Below are positions 8,746-18,528 of a DNA stretch of 64,000 nucleotides, one piece after another (the first letter of the stretch is position 1; every line of letters starts with the position of its first letter). The position numbers were made by a program, and so were the translations under genes. The notes beneath the pieces were generated by a model, which did not search any database, was not told where the DNA came from, and saw only the letters and a list, made by a program, of their open reading frames with translations. The stretch is from the IMG/VR virus record IMGVR_UViG_3300028388_004281, positions 4,204-68,203 of that record; one strand, given 5' to 3'. The stretch comes from a virus.

Positions 8746-9789
8746 ATGGGCATCCTCCACATGAACACGGCCGACGTGGGCGACGACAGCCTCTGGCAGT
8801 CGAGCACTCTCACGGTCAGTTCTACGCAAGCCAGGACTGGAACCTACTCCTTTGCACAGGGCGCTGCTGGGCGGGGCGTAGCTTCTTTTCAGAGCACGGA
8901 TGAGGGATACATGCGATCCGCATATTTCGTGACTGATGGCGCAACGCATTCCTTGCAAGGCCACTTCGGGATTGCGCTGAAAGAGGGTTCCAGGTATCAC
9001 CTGATACTGTTCGTCGATGCCACGAATGGCGCGCTGGAGCTGTATCGCCAATCTAGTTCGAATTTGCTGGCCTCTGAGTCTGGCGGTGCTGCGAAGGCGA
9101 CGTGGGGGGCGATCGAGATATATTGGTTGATCGCCAACGCGGGCGGCCGATGCACCGTCAAGGTGAACGGTACCACTCTGATTGATTTCACGGGGGACAC
9201 CCAAAATGCCGGCGTTGGGGTTGTCAATGCCATCGAAATCGGCGCGATTGATGGAGGTGGATGGGGCTCTGCAAGCACTCTGCCCGTGTACCACGACGAC
9301 ATCATGGTGCGAGACGATCAGTGGCCGTATCGTGGTGGCATTCATGTACTGGTGCCCGATGCCGCTGGTGATTACGAGCATTGGAGCACCGCAGGACCTC
9401 CAGGAACTGCCACGTCTACCGGCACCGGCTACGGTTACGTGGACGAACTGCCCACCAGCTACGAAGACTACCTTTGGACTGACGGCACTGTGGGAGGCAC
9501 TGAGCATCTGTGCCACATAACCACGTTGGAAGACAACGTGTGGAACATTCGCGGAGTTGGTGTGCACGTGAACAATCGTTCCGACGAGTCGAGCGATGCG
9601 TTCGTGCGTACCCTGCTGCTGCCAGCCGACGGGGGCGCCTCTGTCGAGGTTGGCAGCGACTGGGGTGTTGAAACCTATCAGTCCTGGGCTCGCACGTTCT
9701 ATGCGGTGAACCCGCACGACGCGGCAGTGTGGGAGAAGGCCGACATAGACGACGTGCAGATCGGAGTGGAGTCTCGTGTTCCTGCATAG
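8746..9789 (+). CDS. Lectin-like beta-sandwich virion protein, paralog 1
   Basis: QARTGTYS, IDFTGDT, YHDDI..RDDQWP; similar to next gene. Confidence 0.6.
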   Translation: MGILHMNTADVGDDSLWQSSTLTVSSTQARTGTYSFAQGAAGRGVASFQSTDEGYMRSAYFVTDGATHSLQGHFGIALKEGSRYHLILFVDATNGALELYRQSSSNLLASESGGAAKATWGAIEIYWLIANAGGRCTVKVNGTTLIDFTGDTQNAGVGVVNAIEIGAIDGGGWGSASTLPVYHDDIMVRDDQWPYRGGIHVLVPDAAGDYEHWSTAGPPGTATSTGTGYGYVDELPTSYEDYLWTDGTVGGTEHLCHITTLEDNVWNIRGVGVHVNNRSDESSDAFVRTLLLPADGGASVEVGSDWGVETYQSWARTFYAVNPHDAAVWEKADIDDVQIGVESRVPA

Positions 9790-9798
9790 GGGTGAATC

Positions 9799-10794
9799 AT
9801 GGGCATCATAGCGGCGCTGACCGCCGATCTACAAGACATCAACGTCTTCGATACGGTTGCAGGAACTACCACTCCATCCGTGTCTAGTTCGCAGGCACGC
9901 ACGGGAAGTTACAGCTATTCCCTGACCGGCGGAAGCCCTACGGAACCTTACGTCAGGAAATCGGTCCCGATCCGTGCTGACTATTATGTTGGATTCGCGG
10001 CACGTACCACCGATAATACATCTAATATCATCCAGCTTAGATTCATGGAGGATTCGACTACCCACATCACGGTTTCTCTTGCTATCGATGATCTGGAAGT
10101 CTCGTGTATGAATGGTACGTGGCAAGTTATTACGAGTGCTCTGATTTCGGAATCGTTGTCTCCAAAGAACAAGTGGCAGTACTTCGAGGTCTATGCCAAG
10201 GTCGATGACACTGTGGGGCAGGTGATCGTCAAGATAGGTGGCAGGACGGTGATGACGGCCACTGGCGTCGATACGAGATATAGCGTGGGTGGTGTGGGGC
10301 AAATCAACACAATTCAGTTTCGGAATCCGTTCATTTTGAATTCACGAATTCACTACATCGACGACGTAGTTATTCGTGATGATGATTGGCCAGGGCGGGC
10401 ATCATTGCGTGTGCTTGCCCCGACGGCGGATGGTACGGACGACAGTTGGTCGGCGTCGACGGGCAGCGACAAGTATGCCGTGTGCGACGACAATCCGCCA
10501 AACGATTACTCGGACTACATCTCTACAGATGCCACAGTGGCGAACACCAAGCAACTGTTTGACCCTGATACGCTTTCTGCGGGATGGCTCACGGCCAAAT
10601 CGTTCGTAGCTGTCTACAATAGGGCCACCATGGATGACATAGCTACCGAGAACATCCGTGGCATTATCTACAACGGCTCGACCTACACGAATGGCGAGTC
10701 GACCGAGGTCGATGAGATGGGGTCGTCATATGCTTCTGCTTTCAAGGAAGTCACCAGCATGACCAGCATTGAGACTGGAGTGGAGACTTTGTAA
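9799..10794 (+). CDS. Lectin-like beta-sandwich virion protein, paralog 2
   Basis: QARTGSYS, WQYFEV, YIDDVVIRDDDWP. Confidence 0.6.
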   Translation: MGIIAALTADLQDINVFDTVAGTTTPSVSSSQARTGSYSYSLTGGSPTEPYVRKSVPIRADYYVGFAARTTDNTSNIIQLRFMEDSTTHITVSLAIDDLEVSCMNGTWQVITSALISESLSPKNKWQYFEVYAKVDDTVGQVIVKIGGRTVMTATGVDTRYSVGGVGQINTIQFRNPFILNSRIHYIDDVVIRDDDWPGRASLRVLAPTADGTDDSWSASTGSDKYAVCDDNPPNDYSDYISTDATVANTKQLFDPDTLSAGWLTAKSFVAVYNRATMDDIATENIRGIIYNGSTYTNGESTEVDEMGSSYASAFKEVTSMTSIETGVETL

Positions 10795-11483
10795 TGGCCA
10801 ACGTGCGAGTCGACACGTCGCAGACGATCGTCAATGCCCCAACCGAGGCTACGTTGCAGGTCGGCAGCATGCACTCTGTGGTTGATCATGCCTTGGAGGT
10901 GACAGCACAGGTCGGCGGCATGCACGCACAGGTGGATTATGCCACGGAAGTGACGACGCAAATCGGCAACATGATGTTGCTGGTCGATGCTCAGATCAGC
11001 GGCGGTCAACCCGATCCTGTGGTGATTGAGTTCACGGTGCCTGCCGAGGCTTCCGCTGTGGGCGAGGTCAACAGCAGCACGGAACTGTCGCCCGTGGTGG
11101 TAGAGTTTTCCGTGGGTGCCGTGGGCGAGGTGATGACGGCGGCGGTCATCGAGTTTGCGGTGGCAGTGGCGAACGTTTCTGGCGACAACAACGCCCACGT
11201 GATATTGCCCCCGACGGATCTCGTAATAGAGTTCCAGGGCGTGACGGTAGCCACCGGACAGGGGACCACGATAACCCCGCCCGTCATCGAATTCACGGCA
11301 CCGGTCACGGCGGAGACGTGGGGATTGCGGACGGACGTGGACGACGTGCCGGTGATCGAATTCACGACCGCCAACAGGTCGTTCCAGATAGGGATCATAA
11401 CGGACCCGGTGGACGGGGGCGGCGGGTATCCCGCAGAGACCGGGCCTCCGCTGCTGCTGCCCAACGCGTGGAAATGTACTTGA
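10794..11483 (+). CDS. Repeat-rich stalk-like virion protein
   Basis: Repeated (P)VVIEF units and three QVG.MH..VD.A.EVT units. Confidence 0.55.
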   Translation: MANVRVDTSQTIVNAPTEATLQVGSMHSVVDHALEVTAQVGGMHAQVDYATEVTTQIGNMMLLVDAQISGGQPDPVVIEFTVPAEASAVGEVNSSTELSPVVVEFSVGAVGEVMTAAVIEFAVAVANVSGDNNAHVILPPTDLVIEFQGVTVATGQGTTITPPVIEFTAPVTAETWGLRTDVDDVPVIEFTTANRSFQIGIITDPVDGGGGYPAETGPPLLLPNAWKCT

Positions 11484-11496
11484 GAGAGGATAGACG

Positions 11497-11865
11497 ATGG
11501 CCAGAACCGAAGTGGACCTGACGGGCTGGGATGCCGGCGACACGACTCCCGGGCTGCTGCATCGAGGTGTGTTGTCGCTGACGGACGATGAGTCGACGAC
11601 CGGCGTGGCCGACGTGCGGGGCATGCCCATCGGTCGCATCCGCAACGAAAGCGGATCGCAGATCGTAGTCACGCTGTACGAGGCCGGCTCGGCCGACGGG
11701 ACGGCGATCAGCCTGTACGACCAGAACGGCGATGCCATACCCGCGCTGACCATTCCCGACGACTCGTCGCACGCGATACCGACGGATGCGCTGCTGTGCA
11801 TCGAGTACTTGATTCTGAAACTGGCCAGCGGGACGGCGGAAGTGACGCTGCTGATGATGCGATGA
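11497..11865 (+). CDS. Hypothetical structural protein
   Basis: RBS; operonic position. Confidence 0.55.
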   Translation: MARTEVDLTGWDAGDTTPGLLHRGVLSLTDDESTTGVADVRGMPIGRIRNESGSQIVVTLYEAGSADGTAISLYDQNGDAIPALTIPDDSSHAIPTDALLCIEYLILKLASGTAEVTLLMMR

Positions 11866-12314
11866 TAACGGCCGAGATCAAAGGACTGGACAAGCTGCAG
11901 AAGGAGCTGAGGGCGTTGTCTCGCAAGGCGAAGGCAGGGGCGCGGGAGGACGTGATCGTGGGGTTCACGCAGTCGTACGCCATTTGGGTGCACGAGATAC
12001 AGGCCCGGCACAAGCCCGGCAAGCAATGGAAGTACCTGGAGTCGCCCGCCCGCAGGCTGGCTACGACCGGCGAGCTGATACGACTGATCAAGACGGTGTA
12101 CGAGAAAACCAACAGCCTAACGTCGGGAATGACGCTAGCCGGATTGAGAATACAGCGCGAGGCACAGGAGATCGTGCCCATAGACACTGGTGCCCTGAGA
12201 GCAAGCGCGTTCACGGCCAAGGAATCGAACGTCGAAGCCAATGCGCGCCGGGCTTTTGCCGAGAGCGAATACAAGCGTATCGCTGGTGAATTTAAGAAGA
12301 AAAACAGAAAGTGA
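11862..12314 (+). CDS. HK97 gp10-like tail completion/neck protein
   Basis: EIKGLDKL, YAIWVHE, KYLE, VPIDTGALRAS motifs. Confidence 0.8.
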   Translation: MITAEIKGLDKLQKELRALSRKAKAGAREDVIVGFTQSYAIWVHEIQARHKPGKQWKYLESPARRLATTGELIRLIKTVYEKTNSLTSGMTLAGLRIQREAQEIVPIDTGALRASAFTAKESNVEANARRAFAESEYKRIAGEFKKKNRK

Positions 12315-12739
12315 TGAACCATAGCCCGTCGGAAGTACTGAGGCAGCTGCTCATCGATCTCGGCCTGGGAACCTCGGGCACGACGTGGACGGTGTATGTT
12401 AACACGATGCCGGAGACGCCGGACAACTGCATCTCGGTCAACGATACGGAGGCCGTGGACACGGCCCGCGCACAGGCGACCGGTGTCACCACCTCCGTGC
12501 ACGGGGCCCAGATACTGGTGCGTGGCGTTACGTTCGCCACGGCCAGGGCCAAGGTGCAGGCGATACACGCGGCTCTGGACGAGTCCGTGCTGAGGACGGC
12601 GGTGACGGTCAGCACCACCAACTACGTGGTGCAGGCCGTGAGCCGCATCGGAGAGGGAATCCCGCTGGGGACGGACGGCGTCAGCAAGCGCCATCTGCAC
12701 AGCATCAACGTGAGAGTGAGTCTATCTCAGAACAATTGA
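12311..12739 (+). CDS. Tail terminator (minor capsid-type) protein
   Basis: PETPDNCISV.D, QILVRG, G.IPLG pattern; precedes tail tube. Confidence 0.75.
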   Translation: MMNHSPSEVLRQLLIDLGLGTSGTTWTVYVNTMPETPDNCISVNDTEAVDTARAQATGVTTSVHGAQILVRGVTFATARAKVQAIHAALDESVLRTAVTVSTTNYVVQAVSRIGEGIPLGTDGVSKRHLHSINVRVSLSQNN

Positions 12740-12751
12740 TAGGAGGACGAA

Positions 12752-13204
12752 ATGGTCACAGCAAGAGAGACACCTACCGGAACGATGCTGGTCGACGGCT
12801 ATTCGACCAAGATTGCATTCGCAGCCGATCCCGACATCGCCCTGTGGGAGCGGACCGTCACTCCGCCGGGTATTGACGGCGGGGACGAGATCGACACGAC
12901 CACGATGCACAACAGCACGTGGAGGACCATGGCCGCGAGGTCGTTGAAGACGCTGACCAACAGCACCATGACCTGCGGCTACGACCCGACGGTCTACGAC
13001 CTGATCCTGGATCTGATCAACGTCGAGACCGAGGTCACGGTGCATTTTCCGGACGGCAGCACGCTGGACTTCTACGGGTTCCTGAAGAACTTCACACCCA
13101 ACGAGCACAGCGAGGGTTCGCTGCCCGAGGCCACCGTGGAGATCGTGCCCACCAACCGGGTGCCCGGCACCACGACCGAGAGTGCGCCGACGTTCACCGA
13201 CTGA
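12752..13204 (+). CDS. Major tail tube protein
   Basis: AGGAGG RBS; VTPPG.DG..IDTTT, FPDGST..FYGF. Confidence 0.85.
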   Translation: MVTARETPTGTMLVDGYSTKIAFAADPDIALWERTVTPPGIDGGDEIDTTTMHNSTWRTMAARSLKTLTNSTMTCGYDPTVYDLILDLINVETEVTVHFPDGSTLDFYGFLKNFTPNEHSEGSLPEATVEIVPTNRVPGTTTESAPTFTD

Positions 13205-13227
13205 TGTTCTAGCTAGGAGCGGACAGA

Positions 13228-13611
13228 ATGACAGAGCCCATGCGTTTCGAAACGTTCGAGCTGCACACGGAGCCGGTATACATCGGCGACACAGTGTACA
13301 CGTTGAAGGAGGCGACCATCGGGGTCGCGGCCAAGTACCGCAACGCCCTGCTGGACTGCGCCACACTGGGACCCGACGGCAAGCCCAGCAAGTTCAGCGG
13401 CATGGCGGACGTGGAGCCGTTGCTCGTATCGCTGTGCCTGTTTGACGTGGACGGCAACGAGGTGCCGCTGGCCACCGTGAACCAGTGGCCCAGCCGCATC
13501 GTCAAGCAGCTGTTCAACCGCGTGAAGGAAGTCAGCGACCTGGACGAGGACGAGGAGGACTCCTCGGGAAACGAACCACGGCCGATACGCACGATGCATG
13601 GTTCCGCGTAG
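13228..13611 (+). CDS. Tail assembly chaperone (gpG-like)
   Basis: Lies between tail tube and tape measure; acidic C-terminus. Confidence 0.8.
   Translation: MTEPMRFETFELHTEPVYIGDTVYTLKEATIGVAAKYRNALLDCATLGPDGKPSKFSGMADVEPLLVSLCLFDVDGNEVPLATVNQWPSRIVKQLFNRVKEVSDLDEDEEDSSGNEPRPIRTMHGSA
13566..13572 (+). promoter_or_regulatory. -1 ribosomal frameshift slippery site G GGA AAC
   Basis: In-frame X XXY YYZ heptamer; -1 frame open to 13916. Confidence 0.85.
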
Positions 13612-13916
13612 CGTCGCTGCTCGGGATGACGCTGGACGAGTGTCGGCAGCGCATGAGCGTTCGGGAGTTCAAGCGATGGAGCTACTGGCTGGCGAGCGAG
13701 TGGGACAGGCCGAGCCGTACGGATTACTATCTGATGCAGCTGACCATGGAGGTTCGGCTGCTCAGGTACCAGATGGCCAGCAAGACGGCCAAGTCCGTGG
13801 CGATGGCCGACATGTTGATACGGTTCGGTGATTCGCACGGCAGGCAGGAGGCCATTCCGGAGACCAAGTTGAGATGGTTTGCGAAAGTGGGGTACAAGCG
13901 TGGCAGGCACAGTTGA
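13566..13916 (+). CDS. Tail assembly chaperone gpT portion (frameshift product gpGT)
   Basis: WFRVASLLGMTLDEC.QRMS.REF..W pattern in the -1 frame. Confidence 0.8.
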   Translation, partial: GKRTTADTHDAWFRVASLLGMTLDECRQRMSVREFKRWSYWLASEWDRPSRTDYYLMQLTMEVRLLRYQMASKTAKSVAMADMLIRFGDSHGRQEAIPETKLRWFAKVGYKRGRHS

Positions 13917-16227
13917 ACTGCAGAGGCTGATGGTTCGCCTGTCCGGCGATCCCAGGAAGCTGCTCGATGCCTACGAGAAGGTGGGCAACGCATCCAAGCG
14001 AGTCGGTCGGGCGATGCGTACGTACCTCACGCTGCCGTTGCTGGGCGTTGGGGCGTTTGCGGTGCGCCAGTTCTCCAAGTTCGACCAGGCCATGACGGAA
14101 TCTACGTCGATCATGAAGACGCCGGGGGACCAGATAGAACGAATGAGGAACTTGGCGCTCGAACTGTCCACCAAGGCCGTGCAGGGCCCGGAGGAACTGG
14201 CCCGTTCGTATTTCTTTCTGGCATCCGCAGGATTGGACGCGGAGAAGGCGATGGCGGCGCTGCCTGCTGTGTCGCAGTTCGCGACTGCCGGTGCGTTCGA
14301 CATGGCGAGGGCCACGGACCTGCTGACCGATGCCCAGTCGGCTCTGGGTATAACGAGTAAATCAGCCATCATCAACTATCGGGAGATGGTTCGGTTGAGC
14401 GACGTGCTCGTAAAGGCCAACACCCTGGCCAACGCTTCGGTGGAGCAGTTCTCTGTGGCGCTGACGTCGAAGGCTGGAGCTGCTCTCAAGTCCGTGAACA
14501 AGGACGTGGAAGAAGGAACGGCCATTCTGGCGGCGTATGCCGACCAGGGCATCAAGGCCGAGCTGGCCGGCAACACGCTGTCCAGGTTCTTGCTGATCCT
14601 GCAGAAGGCAGCCATCAGCAATGCCGGTGCGTTCAGACGATTCGGTTTCGAGCTGTACGACGCACAAGGCAACATGAGGAACTTCGCGGACGTGGTGGAC
14701 AATCTGGAGCGGATTCTGCTCCCCATGGCACCGGAGATGCGGTCCGCTACGCTGGCCGCCATGGGATTCGATGCTCGGATTCAAGCTGCCATCCTGCCGC
14801 TGCTAGGGACCAGCGATGCTATCAGGCGGTATGAGAGGGAGTTGCGGCATGCCGGCGGCACGACCGACGAGGTGGCGAACAAGCAGCTGAAGTCGTTCGG
14901 CAACCAGCTCAAGATCACGTGGAATCAGATCAAGGTGGCTGCAATCGGGATCGGCAAGGACTTGGCACCCGCCCTGTTGAGTTTGAACCGGAGTCTGCGG
15001 TCCCTCATAAGCTACTGGGAGGAGTTGAGCCCGAGCGTGCGCACGGCCGTGGTGGCGATAGCGGCATTCACCGCAGCGGCGGGTCCGGCCATGATCATGG
15101 CAGGGCACTTTGCGTTCGCTCTGAAGATGCTCGGTGGGAGTGCGCTGCTCACCGGATTGGCTCTGAAGGGTCTGGGAGTGGCTTTGGCTCTGGTCGCGGC
15201 CTACAGCATCGGCAAGTGGGTGCATAATCAGCTGCCGTGGATACAAGAGTACAACGCCGAGATAGAGTCGATGGCCGAAAGACACAAGTCGGCCATGCAG
15301 TCCATGGCAGATGCCAGTCGGGATGCGTTCGATGCAATTGCCGCTGCTGAAGGAATCGATCGGGGTGCCGCCATAGACACGGCGATAGATTCCGCGACGA
15401 GTTCGGTGCGACAGTACACACGTGAGGTGCAGGATGCCCAGCGCCAGGTGGACGAGATGAACGAGGGGTGGTGGGCGTTCGCCGAAGAAATAGAAGCCAA
15501 CGAGCAGCGGCTGGAGCAAGCGCTGCAACGACAGGCGCGGGCCCGGAAGAACCTGAACGATCTGGTGGAGGAAAGGAAGAACTTCGAGCAGTCGGCAACG
15601 GTGGCAGCGGTGGAAGCCATGAACGCCGAGCAGGACGCAATCGACGAGATAAAAGAGAAGGTGGAAACGCTGACGGATAAGCTGAAGGAGTCCTACGCTA
15701 CACTGGGCTGGAACGCCGACGCGACGGAGATCTGGAAACTGAAGCAGCAGGGGGCGACCGACGAGATGCTTCGAGAGGCCGTGGCCATCGAGCGAATGAC
15801 GAGGGCGGCAGAGAAGCGCAGAGACATGCTGGAGAAGGGCAAGAGCGTCGTCGAGAAGTACCTGACCCCGTTCCAGAAGCTGCGCAAGGAGCATGCCGAA
15901 CTGCTGCAGCTCAGGCGCATGGGGGCCATCGACCAGGGAACGTACCATCGGGGCAACATGCAGCTGATCGAGCAGTACAAGAGCGAGATGGACGCGCTGA
16001 AGAAGAAGGCCGTCATCAAGATATCGGTGGACACCAGCGCCGTGCGGGGAGGTACGGCGGAGTTTGCGAACATGCTGGCGTCCGTTCGGCCCGAGGCCCG
16101 CTTCTCGTACGAGGGGCGCAAGGACCAGAAGTCGTTCAAGCGGATGGAGACGCATCTGGAGCGGTTGGTTTCCATCGAGGAGGAGCGAATGCGCAGGGGC
16201 GCGGAAATCGGAGTGGCTGGACTATGA
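13900..16227 (+). CDS. Tape measure protein (TP901 family)
   Basis: FDQAM, FLASAG, ATAG..D...ATD, GI.AELAG..L core; TM and coiled-coil regions. Confidence 0.92.
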   Translation: MAGTVELQRLMVRLSGDPRKLLDAYEKVGNASKRVGRAMRTYLTLPLLGVGAFAVRQFSKFDQAMTESTSIMKTPGDQIERMRNLALELSTKAVQGPEELARSYFFLASAGLDAEKAMAALPAVSQFATAGAFDMARATDLLTDAQSALGITSKSAIINYREMVRLSDVLVKANTLANASVEQFSVALTSKAGAALKSVNKDVEEGTAILAAYADQGIKAELAGNTLSRFLLILQKAAISNAGAFRRFGFELYDAQGNMRNFADVVDNLERILLPMAPEMRSATLAAMGFDARIQAAILPLLGTSDAIRRYERELRHAGGTTDEVANKQLKSFGNQLKITWNQIKVAAIGIGKDLAPALLSLNRSLRSLISYWEELSPSVRTAVVAIAAFTAAAGPAMIMAGHFAFALKMLGGSALLTGLALKGLGVALALVAAYSIGKWVHNQLPWIQEYNAEIESMAERHKSAMQSMADASRDAFDAIAAAEGIDRGAAIDTAIDSATSSVRQYTREVQDAQRQVDEMNEGWWAFAEEIEANEQRLEQALQRQARARKNLNDLVEERKNFEQSATVAAVEAMNAEQDAIDEIKEKVETLTDKLKESYATLGWNADATEIWKLKQQGATDEMLREAVAIERMTRAAEKRRDMLEKGKSVVEKYLTPFQKLRKEHAELLQLRRMGAIDQGTYHRGNMQLIEQYKSEMDALKKKAVIKISVDTSAVRGGTAEFANMLASVRPEARFSYEGRKDQKSFKRMETHLERLVSIEEERMRRGAEIGVAGL

Positions 16228-17162
16228 GCGCTACCTGGGTCGGCAGAACCAACTGGTCGGTCAACCGCGACGAGGACGGGCACCGGGAGTACACACTGGA
16301 ATCCAAGGTGGTGTGCACGTCCGTGTTGGACGGGCCCGCCTCGGTGCTCACGGCCAGCGGGCTGCCTGCGGTCGGTACCTACTGGTTCTTCGGTGGAGAC
16401 GTGGACGTCTGGGCCTACTGCTGGCCTACCGCATCCGCGACCCCCATGGTCAGCGACGAGCCGGGCTACTGGTGGAAGGTCACGCAGAAGTTCTCCACCA
16501 AGCCGTACAAGCGCTGCCAGAGCCAGTCGATAGAGGACCCGTTGCTGGAGCCCGCGAGGATCAGCGGCAGCTTCAACAGCTCTCCGTACACCACGCTGAA
16601 GGACCGCAACGGGGATTTGATCGAGTCGTCCAGCCACGAGTCCATCGCCGTCGAGTACGACATCTCGGACCACATCGTAGTGATCGAGATGAATGTGGCT
16701 TCGCTCGACATTGCCGAGCTGGTGGAGTACAACAACACGCTCAACGACGCGGAGCTGTGGGGCGTGGCGGCCCGCAAGATACGGCTCGTCAATCCCACGT
16801 GGACGCGCAACGTGTACGGCACCTGCAACTACTACTTCACGGTGCACTACGAGTTTGCCATCCGCGACAAGACGTGGGACGAGACCGAGATAGCCGACGC
16901 CGGCAAGCGCTGCATCAAGGGTGACTGGACCGAGGCGGATCCGCCCGTGTGGACGGACAGTGGATTGGACGGCAGTGACATCGGACACTTTCAGGTGGCC
17001 AAGGACCCGAACGGCGACATCGAAGGCAGCAAGATTCTGCTTGATGGAACCGGCAGCCGCCTCACGGATCTGGACAATCCCGTGTTTCTGGATCCCATCG
17101 AACTGTACGACGAGAAGAACTTCCTGCTGTTGGGCATCCCAACTGACCTGGAGCTTGCATAA
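16224..17162 (+). CDS. Tail tip/distal tail protein
   Basis: Immediately follows and is coupled to the tape measure gene. Confidence 0.6.
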   Translation: MSATWVGRTNWSVNRDEDGHREYTLESKVVCTSVLDGPASVLTASGLPAVGTYWFFGGDVDVWAYCWPTASATPMVSDEPGYWWKVTQKFSTKPYKRCQSQSIEDPLLEPARISGSFNSSPYTTLKDRNGDLIESSSHESIAVEYDISDHIVVIEMNVASLDIAELVEYNNTLNDAELWGVAARKIRLVNPTWTRNVYGTCNYYFTVHYEFAIRDKTWDETEIADAGKRCIKGDWTEADPPVWTDSGLDGSDIGHFQVAKDPNGDIEGSKILLDGTGSRLTDLDNPVFLDPIELYDEKNFLLLGIPTDLELA

Positions 17163-17163
17163 C

Positions 17164-17586
17164 ATGGCGAACGAAGCGAACATCACGTCCGGCCTGAACA
17201 TCAGCAAGAGCAACCTGCAGTACCGCTCCTATCCCACCAGCTTCAAGGCCGACGTCGCGGGCAGCAAGGGCCCGTCTCCCGGCTCCATCACGGTGGACCA
17301 GAACGGTACGGACGTGGACCTGAGCGAGATCGGCACGCCGGGGTTCTGCCGCGTCATGAACCAGGACTCGACCTACACGATCATCGTCGGGCTCTGGAAT
17401 GGCTCGACGCTGTATCCGATCATCGACCTGCTGCCGGGCGAGCACTATACGGTGCGGCTGTCCGAGTGGTTCGGCGAGGAGTTCGGCACTGGCACGGGCA
17501 CGGCCACCACGGGCACGGGCAACACGCTGCGGGTCAAGTCCGTGAGCGGCAACGCGGAGACGTTGGTAGAGGTGTTCGACAAATGA
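17164..17586 (+). CDS. Virion protein with GTGTGTATTGTG loop
   Basis: ATG 17164; tail operon. Confidence 0.6.
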   Translation: MANEANITSGLNISKSNLQYRSYPTSFKADVAGSKGPSPGSITVDQNGTDVDLSEIGTPGFCRVMNQDSTYTIIVGLWNGSTLYPIIDLLPGEHYTVRLSEWFGEEFGTGTGTATTGTGNTLRVKSVSGNAETLVEVFDK

Positions 17587-18017
17587 CGCAGGTTCAGGAG
17601 CGGAACCGATTCACGTACGTCCTCAACGTGTACCACGAGCAGCACGGCGAGGAGCCGGTGGGCGACAGGCTCGCCGTGTCGTGCGATCTAGACCTCAACG
17701 CGGAGTCCTACCAGCGGCGACAGATCATAGGCGAGGATTGGTCCCCTCTCGACCTGGGCTGGATGAAGCCTGAGGACGTCGGCTACGTCCTCATCCAAAA
17801 TCGGGAGGGGACTGGGTACCAGCCGGTCGTCCCCAGCGACGAAGAGCTGCTCGACGTAGGCCGCCGCATCCTCTACGTCGGTAATCCTGGCGACAGCGCA
17901 GGCTGGCTGGTGCCTCCTCGCCACTTCCTCCTGTCCATGCCGATCGATGTGTCCGTCCTGCGCATGCGCTGTACGCACGGGCGAGCCAAGGTGCGAACTG
18001 CAGTCTACCCGAGGTGA
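17583..18017 (+). CDS. Hypothetical tail-region protein
   Basis: ATGA coupling; loosely similar pattern to preceding gene. Confidence 0.55.
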   Translation: MTQVQERNRFTYVLNVYHEQHGEEPVGDRLAVSCDLDLNAESYQRRQIIGEDWSPLDLGWMKPEDVGYVLIQNREGTGYQPVVPSDEELLDVGRRILYVGNPGDSAGWLVPPRHFLLSMPIDVSVLRMRCTHGRAKVRTAVYPR

Positions 18018-18020
18018 CCG

Positions 18021-18527
18021 ATGGCCAAGGCGTACGTGCTCAACGAGTCTGATCTATCGGTACTCAAGCAGATGGTAGACTGGTGGCGTCGCACCACGCG
18101 ACCCTCAACGAAGACTGACAGCTCGTCTGACATACAATCGCCCGACACCTACGTCGCCCTGCTGCCCGACGGCGGCATACCGGGCACCAGCGGCAGCGAC
18201 GTGGGCTCCGCGCTCTGTGACATCTACCGCATCGAGAAGTCCGGCAGCGATGGTACCCTGAAGACGCTGAACATCGAGCGTCGGGTGTTCAACCTCTCGG
18301 AGAGCACCATCACCGGCTCCTACGCCCCGGTTACCCGCACCAAGAGCGGGGCCTGGTTGTTCACTGCCGCCTACAACGAGAACACCGACACGGGCACGGG
18401 CACCGACTGCATCTCGTCGCTGGACGGACACGTGCTGGACGATCTGGCTGTAGAGACCGCCCCCGCCTACGTGCTGGGAGTGGACAGCAACGGGTGCTTG
18501 GTGAAGATAGAAGTGGACGAGTGCTAG
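18021..18527 (+). CDS. Tail-region protein
   Basis: Operonic; normal codon usage. Confidence 0.6.
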   Translation: MAKAYVLNESDLSVLKQMVDWWRRTTRPSTKTDSSSDIQSPDTYVALLPDGGIPGTSGSDVGSALCDIYRIEKSGSDGTLKTLNIERRVFNLSESTITGSYAPVTRTKSGAWLFTAAYNENTDTGTGTDCISSLDGHVLDDLAVETAPAYVLGVDSNGCLVKIEVDEC

Positions 18528-18528
18528 C

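Noticed and set aside
5896-11483. Diversity-generating retroelement acting on lectin genes
   Set aside because: No reverse transcriptase and no template/variable repeat pair differing at adenines
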